Positions 47,157-56,525 of a stretch of 64,000 bases of DNA are shown here, piece after piece (position 1 is the first letter of the stretch; the number at the start of each line of letters is the position of its first letter). The DNA is from a phage. The stretch lies in the sequence record PZ452579.1. One strand, written 5' to 3'. The translations under genes were made by a program, and so were the position numbers. The notes under the pieces were generated by a model. It searched no databases. It saw nothing but the letters and a program-made list of their open reading frames with translations, and had not been told where the DNA came from.

Positions 47157-47626
47157 TTAGCCTTATATTCAATAACAGGACACACTTTAGCTTTACGAGC
47201 TTTTAAAAATTCAACGATAATCGATTTCTTGGGTTGAATAGGCTCAAGTCCATTTTTGATTCGTTCTTCGTTTTGTACAATGATCTCAATTTCTTTATTG
47301 AGCTTTCGGTCGTTATATTTGTCTAACAACCAGGAAGGACCAATTACCGCCCCGACAGCAATAAGAACCATTACTGATAATGTTAAAATGCCTATACCAA
47401 TTGAAGCCGGAACTAATGTCCATAGACTACTAAAGACAAAGAATTTAATTAAAATTTCTTGGCCAATGATTGCGGCACCTGCTAAAGTTGCAAATCCAAC
47501 AATTGAAACAGCTAATACCGGGAGAAACGTTTTCCAAAAATAAGCACACAACGTTTTCGGACGATTCCATGTACTATTGAACGCGGCATAAATTTTAAAG
47601 TGCCAAGAGTTTTCATTGATAATCAT
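47153..47626 (-). CDS. Membrane protein (multi-TM)
   Basis: 157-aa ORF. Confidence 0.5.
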   Translation of the reverse strand: MIINENSWHFKIYAAFNSTWNRPKTLCAYFWKTFLPVLAVSIVGFATLAGAAIIGQEILIKFFVFSSLWTLVPASIGIGILTLSVMVLIAVGAVIGPSWLLDKYNDRKLNKEIEIIVQNEERIKNGLEPIQPKKSIIVEFLKARKAKVCPVIEYKAK

Positions 47627-47635
47627 AATAATTCC

Positions 47636-48178
47636 TTATTTCAAAGTTGGGATAATAGAATCAAGATAAGCTTTAAGAGCAACTGCTTCATCTTTGTCTA
47701 ATGTAATGATATGTTGACGAAGGTCATCAATTTGGCGAATAACTACGACATCACCGTCTTCATAAGAAGGATTAACTCCCAGGACTGTTGTATAGTCAGG
47801 GCGGTCCTGATTTGTAATAAAAGCATTACGGCATTTAGCCCATTGAAGTTTGGCCTTTTTGGCTGTTTCAGATTCCATGAATTCTTTCACCTTAGCGACA
47901 AATGTTTTCCAATTATTAATAGAAAAACATTCATCTTCGGTTTCGATATTAACCCCACTATAAAGTCCGTGATAAAAACGAACTTGAAGGTCTTCATCAA
48001 TGTTAATTACAGATGCATGACCGGGTGGATTGAGTTTCAAAATCTTGTCTAGTTCCATAGGAAGAATAGTAACAACATCATCTTCTTGCGTCAGAACGTA
48101 CGCATAACCACGTTTTTCGATACATAAATCACCAAACAACTCAGTCGTTTCAATTACAGTTTTCATATTATTCACCAA
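47636..48178 (-). CDS. Hypothetical protein
   Basis: 180-aa ORF. Confidence 0.5.
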   Translation of the reverse strand: MVNNMKTVIETTELFGDLCIEKRGYAYVLTQEDDVVTILPMELDKILKLNPPGHASVINIDEDLQVRFYHGLYSGVNIETEDECFSINNWKTFVAKVKEFMESETAKKAKLQWAKCRNAFITNQDRPDYTTVLGVNPSYEDGDVVVIRQIDDLRQHIITLDKDEAVALKAYLDSIIPTLK

Positions 48179-48402
48179 TTAAAGTTTCAACAAAATTCAC
48201 CAAATCATTCTGACGAGCATCAATCTGATTTCTATAAAAATTAAATAAGATCCATCAATTTATTAGCTTGTTCACAGGTCATTTTACCATACTCGCTTCA
48301 ATAAGATTCATTACACCATTTACCATGTTATACGTAAACATCGGATAATTGTATTGTACTACAACATAAGCAATAAGCAAAAGTTTCATTTTGTTCTCCG
48401 TT

Positions 48403-48445
48403 TGTTTTGGTAGGACTACTATAACATAGTCCTACCAAGATGTAA
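48403..48445 (-). promoter_or_regulatory. Early-promoter/inverted-repeat cassette
   Basis: Minus strand GTTTAC, inverted repeat TTGGTAGGACTA / TAGTCCTACCAA bracketing GTTATAG. Confidence 0.55.
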
Positions 48446-48910
48446 ACTACCGATTGTGTTTTAAATGTTGATAAAGTTCTTCAACTTGTTTAGGGTCCAA
48501 AACAATTAAGTCATTTTCTTGGCGAAGATAAATCCATCCCTTATCCCCAGGGCCATTTTTACAAAACATCACTGCCGCCATATCATCATCTTCAGCGCTT
48601 TCAGGTAAAAGTTCAAGTACACCGTCTTCAGATTTTCCAGTATAATCGTAAAGCATAATATCCTCACATAATCTCGTTAACATACATTTGCAATTCAGTG
48701 TGCGTATCAGCCATCTTTTTCATTGCCTTATTGATATCGATATCACCGTCTTCACACCCGTGGGCATTTTCCCAATCGGATACAGCGTTAGCGTACTCTT
48801 CAATCAAAAACATTAACTTAGAAATTTTTTCTTTACGTGACATAACGTTCTCCTCTAGTAAGTAAGGTCTACTATAACACAACCTGAGGAGAAGTAAACT
48901 GCTAAATGCA

Positions 48911-48940
48911 AAAAAGCCCCAACCTTTCGGAAGGGGCTTT
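48911..48940 (-). terminator. Intrinsic terminator (GAAA-loop hairpin plus U-run), repeat copy A
   Basis: AAAAAAGCCCCAACCTTTCGGAAGGGGC; 28 bp identical to copy at 49533..49562. Confidence 0.65.
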
Positions 48941-48942
48941 GA

Positions 48943-49500
48943 TTAGTTTTTGTAATATCGTAAAGGGTTGATATGGAATGAAAGCATTGCGCGTGGAATA
49001 GGACGACTCAAAAGACTCTTAAGTTTCCAACCACAGTAAACACGCAGATAAAATGTAATACCACCAACCTTAAGATAAGGTATAGCAGCGAATAATCCCC
49101 ATGCAGACTCGTTCCAAACTAAAAGATATCCATGATGTGCCGGATCAGGAGATCCAGATTTAGTTTCGGCGTTGCCTTTATAGTGCCATTCTGATGAAGC
49201 TTCGCGACCTAAAACATGATACGAAAAATTATATGCTTTGTTGCGCCATAGCCAAGCTACGCGTTGAGCATATTTACCTATAACAGGAATTTTACGTATT
49301 TTAGACCAACGTTCAACATGGCCGTGGTCACCATCGATAGGATTATCGTAAGTCATCATCCAGTCAAAGCCATAAGGTAGTTTACCGGTTTTTTCACTAT
49401 GGAATGGAACTACAAATGGTGCTAGAATAATTGCTAAAATCGCTGCGATCCAATCTATAGGAACAAGAACAACCCAACTTATGTATTTTAAAAATTTCAT
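48943..49500 (-). CDS. Membrane protein
   Basis: 185-aa ORF with N-terminal TM segments; flanked by identical terminator repeats. Confidence 0.55.
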   Translation of the reverse strand: MKFLKYISWVVLVPIDWIAAILAIILAPFVVPFHSEKTGKLPYGFDWMMTYDNPIDGDHGHVERWSKIRKIPVIGKYAQRVAWLWRNKAYNFSYHVLGREASSEWHYKGNAETKSGSPDPAHHGYLLVWNESAWGLFAAIPYLKVGGITFYLRVYCGWKLKSLLSRPIPRAMLSFHINPLRYYKN

Positions 49501-49525
49501 ATATCCTCTCTTAGTTTACAAGGAT

Positions 49526-49533
49526 ATTTATAC
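49526..49533 (-). promoter_or_regulatory. Late promoter TATAAATA
   Basis: Plus tatttata about 26 nt upstream of ATG at 49500, immediately after terminator copy B. Confidence 0.55.
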
Positions 49534-49562
49534 AAAAAGCCCCAACCTTTCGGAAGGGGCAG
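49533..49562 (-). terminator. Intrinsic terminator (GAAA-loop hairpin plus U-run), repeat copy B
   Basis: CAAAAAGCCCCAACCTTTCGGAAGGGGC directly 3' of the ORF ending at 49568. Confidence 0.65.
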
Positions 49563-49567
49563 GTAAA

Positions 49568-49870
49568 TTAGATAGATGTAGGCTCTAATTTTATTTTCAT
49601 GAACTCGGCAAATTGTCTGGCAGTTTTTATGCCTTGTTCATGACATTCAAATGCATCATCACAGGGGCTATTTTTGTAATGCTTTGCCATATACTTATAA
49701 AATTTTTCAGAATTCTCAACATTTTGAATTTCGAACAAAGTATATACGTTTTTAATCCCTGATTCCATAAAGTTGTCAAAGTACGGGTCGACATATGCAG
49801 TGCCAACGATAGGAGTTGTTGCTGCAAAAAACCCCAGCATCGCCACAATGGCTATCGCTCTTAAGGCCAT
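49568..49870 (-). CDS. Secreted small protein
   Basis: 100 aa with signal-peptide-like N-terminus. Confidence 0.5.
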   Translation of the reverse strand: MALRAIAIVAMLGFFAATTPIVGTAYVDPYFDNFMESGIKNVYTLFEIQNVENSEKFYKYMAKHYKNSPCDDAFECHEQGIKTARQFAEFMKIKLEPTSI

Positions 49871-50119
49871 ATAGGCCTCCTGTTAATTTTGGCCAGTATT
49901 TATTTTTCGCCTTTGGACGGCCTTAACATCTGCGAGGTATTTTTCCAGCTTACGCTTACGAGTATAATCTGCTTTAGAACCAGTTTGACGGATATCCTCA
50001 TTTAAATGAGAAATAGAATGTCCTAATTCTCTTCGGATTTCATCCAATTGGGTTACAGTAAGATTACGAAGTTGTCTTTCGTTTAATTGCTGCATATATA
50101 CCTCTTGGTTAGATATTAG

Positions 50120-50127
50120 TATTTATA
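50120..50127 (-). promoter_or_regulatory. Late promoter TATAAATA
   Basis: Plus tatttata about 25 nt upstream of ATG at 50095. Confidence 0.5.
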
Positions 50128-50704
50128 ACAACCCTGTCAAATCATTCCAATGCTTCCGGCATAATGACACATATTTATCGGTATCACCAATTTCAATTTG
50201 TCCGCCATCTATAATTGGAAGTCCATCTTCCGTGACTCTAGCTACCATTGTGGCTTTTTTACCGCAATGACAGACACCTTTAAGTTCAACAAGCTTATCG
50301 GCGATAGCCATTAATGCTTGAGAACCTTCAAATAGATTACCTTTAAAATCTGTTCGTAGCCCATATGCCATTACCGGCACATTGTATACGTCAACAATGC
50401 GACTAAGTTGATACACCTTTTCAGTAGTTAAGAACTGAGCTTCGTCAACAAATACACAGTGAATATCCTTTTGTGCTGCGGCCCATTTATAGAATTCAAA
50501 GATATCCATGTCTTTTGTAATTATATTGGCATCCTGACGAATACCAATACGAGAGACTATTTCACCTTTTGAATCACGAGTATCAATAGCCGGTTTAAGA
50601 ACTAATACACCCATGCCACGTTCTTTATAGTTATGTGCGGCGGTAAGTAATGAAGCAGACTTACCAGCGTTCATAGCGGCATAGGTAAAAATTAAACTAG
50701 CCAT
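50123..50704 (-). CDS. tk: Thymidine kinase
   Basis: 193 aa; MASLIFTYAAMNAGKSASLL P-loop and C-terminal zinc motif CHCGKKA; T4 Tk is 193 aa. Confidence 0.92.
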   Translation of the reverse strand: MASLIFTYAAMNAGKSASLLTAAHNYKERGMGVLVLKPAIDTRDSKGEIVSRIGIRQDANIITKDMDIFEFYKWAAAQKDIHCVFVDEAQFLTTEKVYQLSRIVDVYNVPVMAYGLRTDFKGNLFEGSQALMAIADKLVELKGVCHCGKKATMVARVTEDGLPIIDGGQIEIGDTDKYVSLCRKHWNDLTGLL

Positions 50705-51095
50705 AAGAGCCCCTTATAGTGAATTCACATAGTCAATGAGTTCTTGTTCTTTCCTGTCAAATGATTCCATCAATGCTTGATATTCTTCATCTGTTAAAGG
50801 AGCATATTCATCGTACGCATTGGTGGCTGTTTGCTCATCCAATAGGTCATGGATAAGTTCGAACAGTTTAGTTTTCTCTTCTTTAGTCAATTTCATTTAG
50901 GTTCACCTTCTTTAACGAAATCTGGGTAAGGGTAAAATCCTGAGTAAAACCCTTCACCTTTATGATTGCTACAACCTTTGTTCGAACAGTAACACCAATA
51001 ATCAAAATCACAAGCCATTTCGTCATTGCATAAAGCAAAAACTACAGGCCATTCGCATTTTTCGCATTTAGCACCTGTAAGAATTTTTGTTTGGC

Positions 51096-51593
51096 TCATA
51101 ACAATGGTTCCCAATCAACAATCACAATTTCTAGTTTAGTGGAATATGTATCTAAAATCTCTTCGATGACATCCCAATTTCCACCACCGATACCTGCACC
51201 AATTCTTGGCATATAAATTACAGGCTTTGTTATCTTATTCTTTCCGAATTCATTTAATTCTATTATACAATTCATTAAAGCAGAGTACTCAAAATTAGGT
51301 CCCGGCTCAAACTGTGTATAAAGATTAAAGCAATAAGCTTTATGGGTCTTAAAATATTTTTCATAAACCGAATAAGTCCCGAGTTTAGACTCGTCTCCGA
51401 ATTCGGTTTGAAGTTTATCGGCTTCCAGAATTTTTGGATAAGCCTTTGCTAATTGTCCTGCCACACCGGCGCCCATTGTATGAAAACAATTACACCCATG
51501 AGCAATATTATTACCTTTAGAAAACAGGGCGACAATATCGCCCTTGATATAGTTTTTAATCACTTGCTGCAAGTCCTCTAGTATAAGAGTCAA
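51096..51593 (-). CDS. Macro-domain protein (ADP-ribose binding/hydrolase)
   Basis: 165 aa; NCFHTMGAGVAG and RIGAGIGGG glycine-rich loops typical of macro domains. Confidence 0.7.
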   Translation of the reverse strand: MTLILEDLQQVIKNYIKGDIVALFSKGNNIAHGCNCFHTMGAGVAGQLAKAYPKILEADKLQTEFGDESKLGTYSVYEKYFKTHKAYCFNLYTQFEPGPNFEYSALMNCIIELNEFGKNKITKPVIYMPRIGAGIGGGNWDVIEEILDTYSTKLEIVIVDWEPLL

Positions 51594-51903
51594 CTAGACG
51601 GTCCACCATAGAATTGCATGCTGCCTTATCTTTAGGTTCCGCCACCGAGCATTCTAATATTTGCCATTTTTTATAGTATCTTTTAATTAAGGTAGACGCC
51701 TTGAACCTACTAGACGCCCCATCTTTTTCTCCGTCTTTATATGCGTATAACAATTTTTGTGAAAAATCTACTTTACACTCTTGACTTTTACCACAATAAT
51801 CAGACGCCGTTCTGTTTGTATACTCCGTTACATCAGTATATGTAGTATTAGCAAGAGCGTTAAATGAAACCAAGCCAACTATTAAAGCCAACATTTTGGT
51901 CAT
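51556..51903 (-). CDS. Secreted Cys-containing small protein
   Basis: 115 aa with signal peptide MTKMLALIVGLVSFNALA. Confidence 0.5.
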   Translation of the reverse strand: MTKMLALIVGLVSFNALANTTYTDVTEYTNRTASDYCGKSQECKVDFSQKLLYAYKDGEKDGASSRFKASTLIKRYYKKWQILECSVAEPKDKAACNSMVDRLVDSYTRGLAASD

Positions 51904-52442
51904 TCTTTTATTTCCAGTAGTTTATTTGATTTAAGGTAATTAGCCTTTTCTAGGACTTCAGAAGCATATTTACTTCCAGCACTTGTCTTCCATCCCGCAT
52001 TATATGAGGATATAGCTTTTCTTATATCCCCATTATGTATATTTAACCAATAAGAAAATTCGATATAAGCCCATCTGGCTGAATTAGACCGCTTAGATAG
52101 CATTTTCTTAATTTGGGCATCAGTCATATTATAACCAAGCTGGTTAATTCTTTCCCTCATTGTTGGTAGATAGTTTTGGAACATTCCATACGCATGGTGA
52201 CCTTTCTTATCTTTAAGATTAATACCGGCAGATGATTCCTGCCATAGTATTGCGGCCATTATGTATCCAAGTCCTTTCTTATGCATATTTTCATGCGTTT
52301 TAAATTTTCCATCCTTAGAAAACTGTTCCCCAAACTGATAAGCATAATTCAAGTTATCGAGTTGGACATTACTAAAAGTATGCTCGGAGCCATGTGCTGA
52401 TAACGAAAGAGCAAATAGACCAGCGAGTAGTGCTTTTCTCAT
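51900..52442 (-). CDS. Secreted lytic-transglycosylase-like protein (SLT domain)
   Basis: 180 aa; signal peptide, then WQESS, AYGMFQ, YNAG motifs. Confidence 0.6.
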   Translation of the reverse strand: MRKALLAGLFALSLSAHGSEHTFSNVQLDNLNYAYQFGEQFSKDGKFKTHENMHKKGLGYIMAAILWQESSAGINLKDKKGHHAYGMFQNYLPTMRERINQLGYNMTDAQIKKMLSKRSNSARWAYIEFSYWLNIHNGDIRKAISSYNAGWKTSAGSKYASEVLEKANYLKSNKLLEIKE

Positions 52443-52450
52443 GTTTACCT

Positions 52451-52909
52451 CTAGATTTTAATCACTGCTTTAGAAGCTTTTCCTGGTAGTCGTTTACTGT
52501 TAATAATAGCCATTCTGCATTGAAGAGTCTTCATTTTGAATGCTGGATTTTCGCGACAAACTGTAAGTCCTAACCAAAGATTTCCATCAGTTATTTCTAA
52601 ACGGCCTGGGCGATATTCGACACCTTCGACAAAATCTTCATCAACATCTGGACGTGCCGGCATTGATAAAAATTCTGCAACTTCTTTAACATGATTTTTT
52701 ACTTTACGAAATAATTCAAAAACGTAATTCTCATCTATTTCTCTCTGGATGGCACGATCTAAGAGATGTTGAGAATACTTGATATGAAAGCCTGGTAGTC
52801 CAAGAGACTTTGCAGCATCTTTTATACAGGCATTGATTTGACGAAACTCCGTTTCAAAGATTCGACGGAGTTTATTGCGACGGATAAAAACTTCCGAATT
52901 GATAGTCAT
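52451..52909 (-). CDS. regB: Endoribonuclease RegB
   Basis: 152 aa; MTINSEVFIRRNKLRR... consistent with T4 RegB size and sequence as remembered. Confidence 0.75.
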   Translation of the reverse strand: MTINSEVFIRRNKLRRIFETEFRQINACIKDAAKSLGLPGFHIKYSQHLLDRAIQREIDENYVFELFRKVKNHVKEVAEFLSMPARPDVDEDFVEGVEYRPGRLEITDGNLWLGLTVCRENPAFKMKTLQCRMAIINSKRLPGKASKAVIKI

Positions 52910-52918
52910 TTTTATTTC

Positions 52919-52968
52919 TCCTCTAGTTGACAGGTCTATAATAACACAACTACTGGAGAAGTAAACTA
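52919..52968 (-). promoter_or_regulatory. Early-promoter/inverted-repeat cassette, second copy of the 11099..11147 element
   Basis: AGGTCTATAATAACACAACTACTGGAGAAGTAAACT identical to 11113..11148. Confidence 0.6.
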
Positions 52969-53185
52969 CTTTATTGATAAAATGGAGTTAAAGCCCAAGA
53001 TTCTTTAGATACCATATCGGCGAAATGCCTCATCTCTTCGATTTGGCGACGACGCTGGTCAGCATAGTCTTCTTCGCCTTCTTCCTTACAGTCTTCAAGG
53101 TCTTCTTCAAGATACTTTAAGTATTCACTACAAATTTTGTTGACCTTTTCTTGAAAGTCCAATAACCCAGTAATAGTAGAAGCCA

Positions 53186-53620
53186 TTAGTATTTTTCCTC
53201 AGGTCGAAATACTGCACGACACGCCCACATGCTGGCTTCTTTTAGATGTTGCTTAGCATACTTAAGAGCCTGCACTGCATCCATATCTTCTTTGGTTTGT
53301 TGCTCTGTTTCATTTTCTTTCAAGATATATGCTTCTTCAATCAGAGCATCAAACATCAATCCAAGACGGACTTCTGCATCTTTAATAGCGTTCACTTTAC
53401 CGATTTTATCGTCGGTATGTGGCTTGTAGCCTTTAATATCTTCAATCGACATAAGGAATTTCCTCATCTGTGGCAAGGTCATATTCGACCAATTGGATAG
53501 GCTCATTAATACCATATCCACGTACAGTGATATCAGTTGTCGGATAGTTTCCAGTAATATCACCCGTTCTAAATGCTTCAATGAATGATTGCTCGCCTGA
53601 GCAACTAAACCAGGCGGCAA
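53186..53620 (-). CDS. Hypothetical protein
   Basis: 144-aa ORF. Confidence 0.5.
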   Translation of the reverse strand: MPPGLVAQASNHSLKHLERVILLETIRQLISLYVDMVLMSLSNWSNMTLPQMRKFLMSIEDIKGYKPHTDDKIGKVNAIKDAEVRLGLMFDALIEEAYILKENETEQQTKEDMDAVQALKYAKQHLKEASMWACRAVFRPEEKY

Positions 53621-53665
53621 AACATTTTAAAACATCTTCAGACCCTTCTATAATCAATTTAGACA

Positions 53666-54028
53666 TTATAGACTCTCAGTAAAGGTACGAGCGATAACGT
53701 CGCGCTGCTGTTCTGGAGTCAGAGAGTTAAAGCGAACTGCATAACCGGATACACGGATGGTCAGCTGCGGATATTTTTCCGGATGCTTAACTGCATCTTC
53801 CAGAGTTTCACGACGCAGAACGTTAACGTTCAGATGTTGACCACCTTCAATTTTAACTTTAGGTTGATGTTCAATTTCAATTTCACGGGCATTCAAACCG
53901 TAGAAAATTTCCGGGTCTACAATAGCGTCTTCTTTAAAAGTCTTAGAGACAATAATCCGGGCTTGAGTGCCGTCTTCAAAATAAATAGTGCCTTTATGTG
54001 CACCTTCAAGAATTTGATATGCTTTCAT
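53666..54028 (-). CDS. Autonomous glycyl-radical cofactor (GrcA/YfiD-like)
   Basis: 120 aa; C-terminal half ...[59 protein letters not shown] matches remembered E. coli GrcA; glycyl-radical motif RVSGYAV. Confidence 0.85.
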   Translation of the reverse strand: MKAYQILEGAHKGTIYFEDGTQARIIVSKTFKEDAIVDPEIFYGLNAREIEIEHQPKVKIEGGQHLNVNVLRRETLEDAVKHPEKYPQLTIRVSGYAVRFNSLTPEQQRDVIARTFTESL

Positions 54029-54339
54029 ATAACCTCAATTAGAAAATAAATTTATCCAAGTTTTTTCTTTAATCAAAAATGGGTCGGAATTAAACGCCAT
54101 TAAACTTTGAGTGATTAATCCCTTAAATGGCCCATCAATAAATTCCATTTTGAAATGCGGAATACTAGTCATCAACCGTGCATTAGGAGCAGTACAAAGA
54201 ACTTGCTGCCCTGCGAACGGACCTTTAGTCAAACGATATCGTTTAGGTTTAAAATGGTAAATCTCATAATTTTCTACAAGGGCCCTTTTATTGCATACTG
54301 GGCTGTTATATCAATACTCAAAAACTTCAATAGTGGTCA

Positions 54340-54879
54340 TCATTGCATTCCAATCACAAAAAATTGAGGACGAGCATTACCGCCGATGCAATATTTGCTT
54401 TTGCAGCAGTGCTGTAATGTTTTAATGTGGACGTTGTAAATCTTATCCATATCAGGAGCTTTAATAGGCTCGTCAATTATATACAGAATACGAGAAAGCG
54501 TTAATCCACGGAATTTAGAACCTTCATTGCCAATAAAACTACGAACAGAATCAGTAAATAAACGGAATCGAATATCATCGCTAGAATAACGAGAAAATTC
54601 TTTTTCAATGTTGCCAGCAGAAATTTTAGCATAAGCTGAAGTATTAGAAAGAACAATAACTGTTCCGCCATCATACAACCAATTAGCAGCAAAGTTAGTC
54701 ACAGCAATTGATTTACCGGATTGACGTCCACCGTCTAAACGAAGTGTACAGTACTGTTTGAGTACGTCTTCAAACGGTGGGATATAACCATTCTTACAAA
54801 TTTCTTCTACTCTAGCATCAGAATGGTGTGTAAAAGCATTCATCAGGGATAGATAAGGACCAGTTAAAAATGTTCTCAT
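54340..54879 (-). CDS. Small P-loop NTPase
   Basis: 179 aa; Walker A GGRQSGKS, Walker B-like LYIIDEP. Confidence 0.55.
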   Translation of the reverse strand: MRTFLTGPYLSLMNAFTHHSDARVEEICKNGYIPPFEDVLKQYCTLRLDGGRQSGKSIAVTNFAANWLYDGGTVIVLSNTSAYAKISAGNIEKEFSRYSSDDIRFRLFTDSVRSFIGNEGSKFRGLTLSRILYIIDEPIKAPDMDKIYNVHIKTLQHCCKSKYCIGGNARPQFFVIGMQ

Positions 54880-55052
54880 TTAGTTTCTCTTTTAGGTTGG
54901 GGCCATTCCGTGGCACATGTTAGGTCCTTCGACTCGCTATGTAAACCCATTACCGCATTGCGCTCGACCTTATTACAGGTTGGAAAAGGTACATCACTCA
55001 GAGGACTCGACGTTCATGAGGAGAGGTTGCGTTTCCCTTTATTAGGCAAGAA

Positions 55053-55382
55053 TTATACTCTAGGCTTTTGAGCTTGTTTGGTATTGGATTCCCATGCGGC
55101 TTTGGTAATTTTGTTAGCGGCATAACCAAAGGCATTAGATAGAACACCTTTAGAGTTGAATACATCCAATCCAATAAGTACACCGGCTGTGTTAAATTTA
55201 GGAGCAAAGTACGCATTAGTTTTAGAAAGAGCTTTTTTCAATTCAGGGTCTTGAACCAAGCCATCAAAAACGCCTTTACTATTTACTTTATATGTTACTT
55301 TGGGATTTTTACCTTCTTCGATAGCAGCTTTCTGTTCCGCAGATAATGTAACTTCAGTGATAAACTCTTGATACGTTTTCAT
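55053..55382 (-). CDS. Internal head protein (IP) with capsid targeting sequence
   Basis: N-terminus MKTYQEFITE matches T4 IP CTS (MKTYQEFIAE). Confidence 0.7.
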   Translation of the reverse strand: MKTYQEFITEVTLSAEQKAAIEEGKNPKVTYKVNSKGVFDGLVQDPELKKALSKTNAYFAPKFNTAGVLIGLDVFNSKGVLSNAFGYAANKITKAAWESNTKQAQKPRV

Positions 55383-55407
55383 TTTGTTCCTATTGTTTTA
55401 ATTTATG

Positions 55408-55722
55408 TTATTCTTTAGGGAAGTTTTTAGAGTATGCGTCATAAAGTTTATTACCGATGCGACGGAAGACTTTAGCTGCAAAACGGTTTTCAGGGTTTTT
55501 AATCATGATTTGCATCATGTAAGTTCCTGCATCCGAAAGAGCTTCTTCGTAGTACCCATTAATTTCTTTAAGAGTCCTACGTTTACCACCAGGACCATCA
55601 ACAGTAATTTTCCATTTACCTGTAGAAGTGCGGCTCGGTGGCTCAACTTGTTCAATCCAAATATAACCACCTTCAACGCGTTGGTTGGCGGATTCTGCAA
55701 TAAATTCTTTATATGTTTTCAT
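55408..55722 (-). CDS. Internal head protein (IP) with capsid targeting sequence
   Basis: N-terminus MKTYKEFIAE. Confidence 0.7.
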   Translation of the reverse strand: MKTYKEFIAESANQRVEGGYIWIEQVEPPSRTSTGKWKITVDGPGGKRRTLKEINGYYEEALSDAGTYMMQIMIKNPENRFAAKVFRRIGNKLYDAYSKNFPKE

Positions 55723-55786
55723 TTTTTGTTTCCTTGTTTGTTTTGATAGAGTAATTATACCATATTAATACTTAAGCGTAAACAAT

Positions 55787-56047
55787 TTAAGCTTTACCGC
55801 CAGAAATAATTCCGAAGTTGTTAAAATCGTATCCAATATCGTCAACATCTACTTTAGGACTTACTACAACATAAGCAATTTCACTACGTTTTGCATAGGT
55901 GTTGATTTCTTTACCATCGCCACCTAAGAAAGAATACCCATTACGTTTTAATGAGCCAAAGTCTTCCGCATCACCAATGAAAGCTTTAACTTTAAATTTG
56001 GGGTCTTTGGCATCTGCTTCAGCTATAAATTCTTGATACATTTTCAT
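55787..56047 (-). CDS. Internal head protein (IP) with capsid targeting sequence
   Basis: N-terminus MKMYQEFIAEA. Confidence 0.7.
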   Translation of the reverse strand: MKMYQEFIAEADAKDPKFKVKAFIGDAEDFGSLKRNGYSFLGGDGKEINTYAKRSEIAYVVVSPKVDVDDIGYDFNNFGIISGGKA

Positions 56048-56053
56048 TTTTCC

Positions 56054-56467
56054 TTAGTAAATTGATTTACCATAGTATTTGTACCAAGTCGGACGTTGAG
56101 CAATTTTTTCATCTAAGCGTGCTTGACTTATCGCAATGGACGCTTCGGACGGGACGTAATTATTACGAAATTCTACAGGGATGTCGGAAATATCCTGGAC
56201 AGTCGTGTCCTTGATTTTGAAACCACGTTTCAAACATTCGGCGATTAGCTCGATTTGTCGTAAACGTAAAAATTCAAGTTTGTCGTAAAAGAATGTTACG
56301 TGACCTGTGCCTAAGATAAATGTTGGAGAGATTTTAAAATCCTTTACACGTTTACCGTTTTGAACATGTTTACGGACTGCACCAAATACGCGTGGTAATT
56401 CACGATACTCAGCCATAAGATGTTGGTCGGTCAGTTCAGAAACAAGTGTTAAATTGATACGGGTCAT
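56054..56467 (-). CDS. denV: Endonuclease V (pyrimidine dimer DNA glycosylase) DenV
   Basis: [35 protein letters not shown]... near-identical to T4 DenV; start at homologous Met. Confidence 0.92.
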   Translation of the reverse strand: MTRINLTLVSELTDQHLMAEYRELPRVFGAVRKHVQNGKRVKDFKISPTFILGTGHVTFFYDKLEFLRLRQIELIAECLKRGFKIKDTTVQDISDIPVEFRNNYVPSEASIAISQARLDEKIAQRPTWYKYYGKSIY

Positions 56468-56477
56468 AATTTCCTCC

Positions 56478-56525
56478 AAGTAGTTGATGAATGTATAGTA
56501 TCAAAACCCTTGGAGGAAGTAAACA
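56478..56525 (-). promoter_or_regulatory. Early-promoter/inverted-repeat cassette upstream of denV
   Basis: Minus strand GTTTAC, inverted repeat CCTCCAAG / CTTGGAGG around TACTATACA. Confidence 0.55.

Noticed and set aside
54880-55052. tRNA gene in the GC-rich intergenic region
   Set aside because: No acceptable acceptor stem or T-loop (GTTCRANYC) could be built on either strand; kept only as a possible structured RNA
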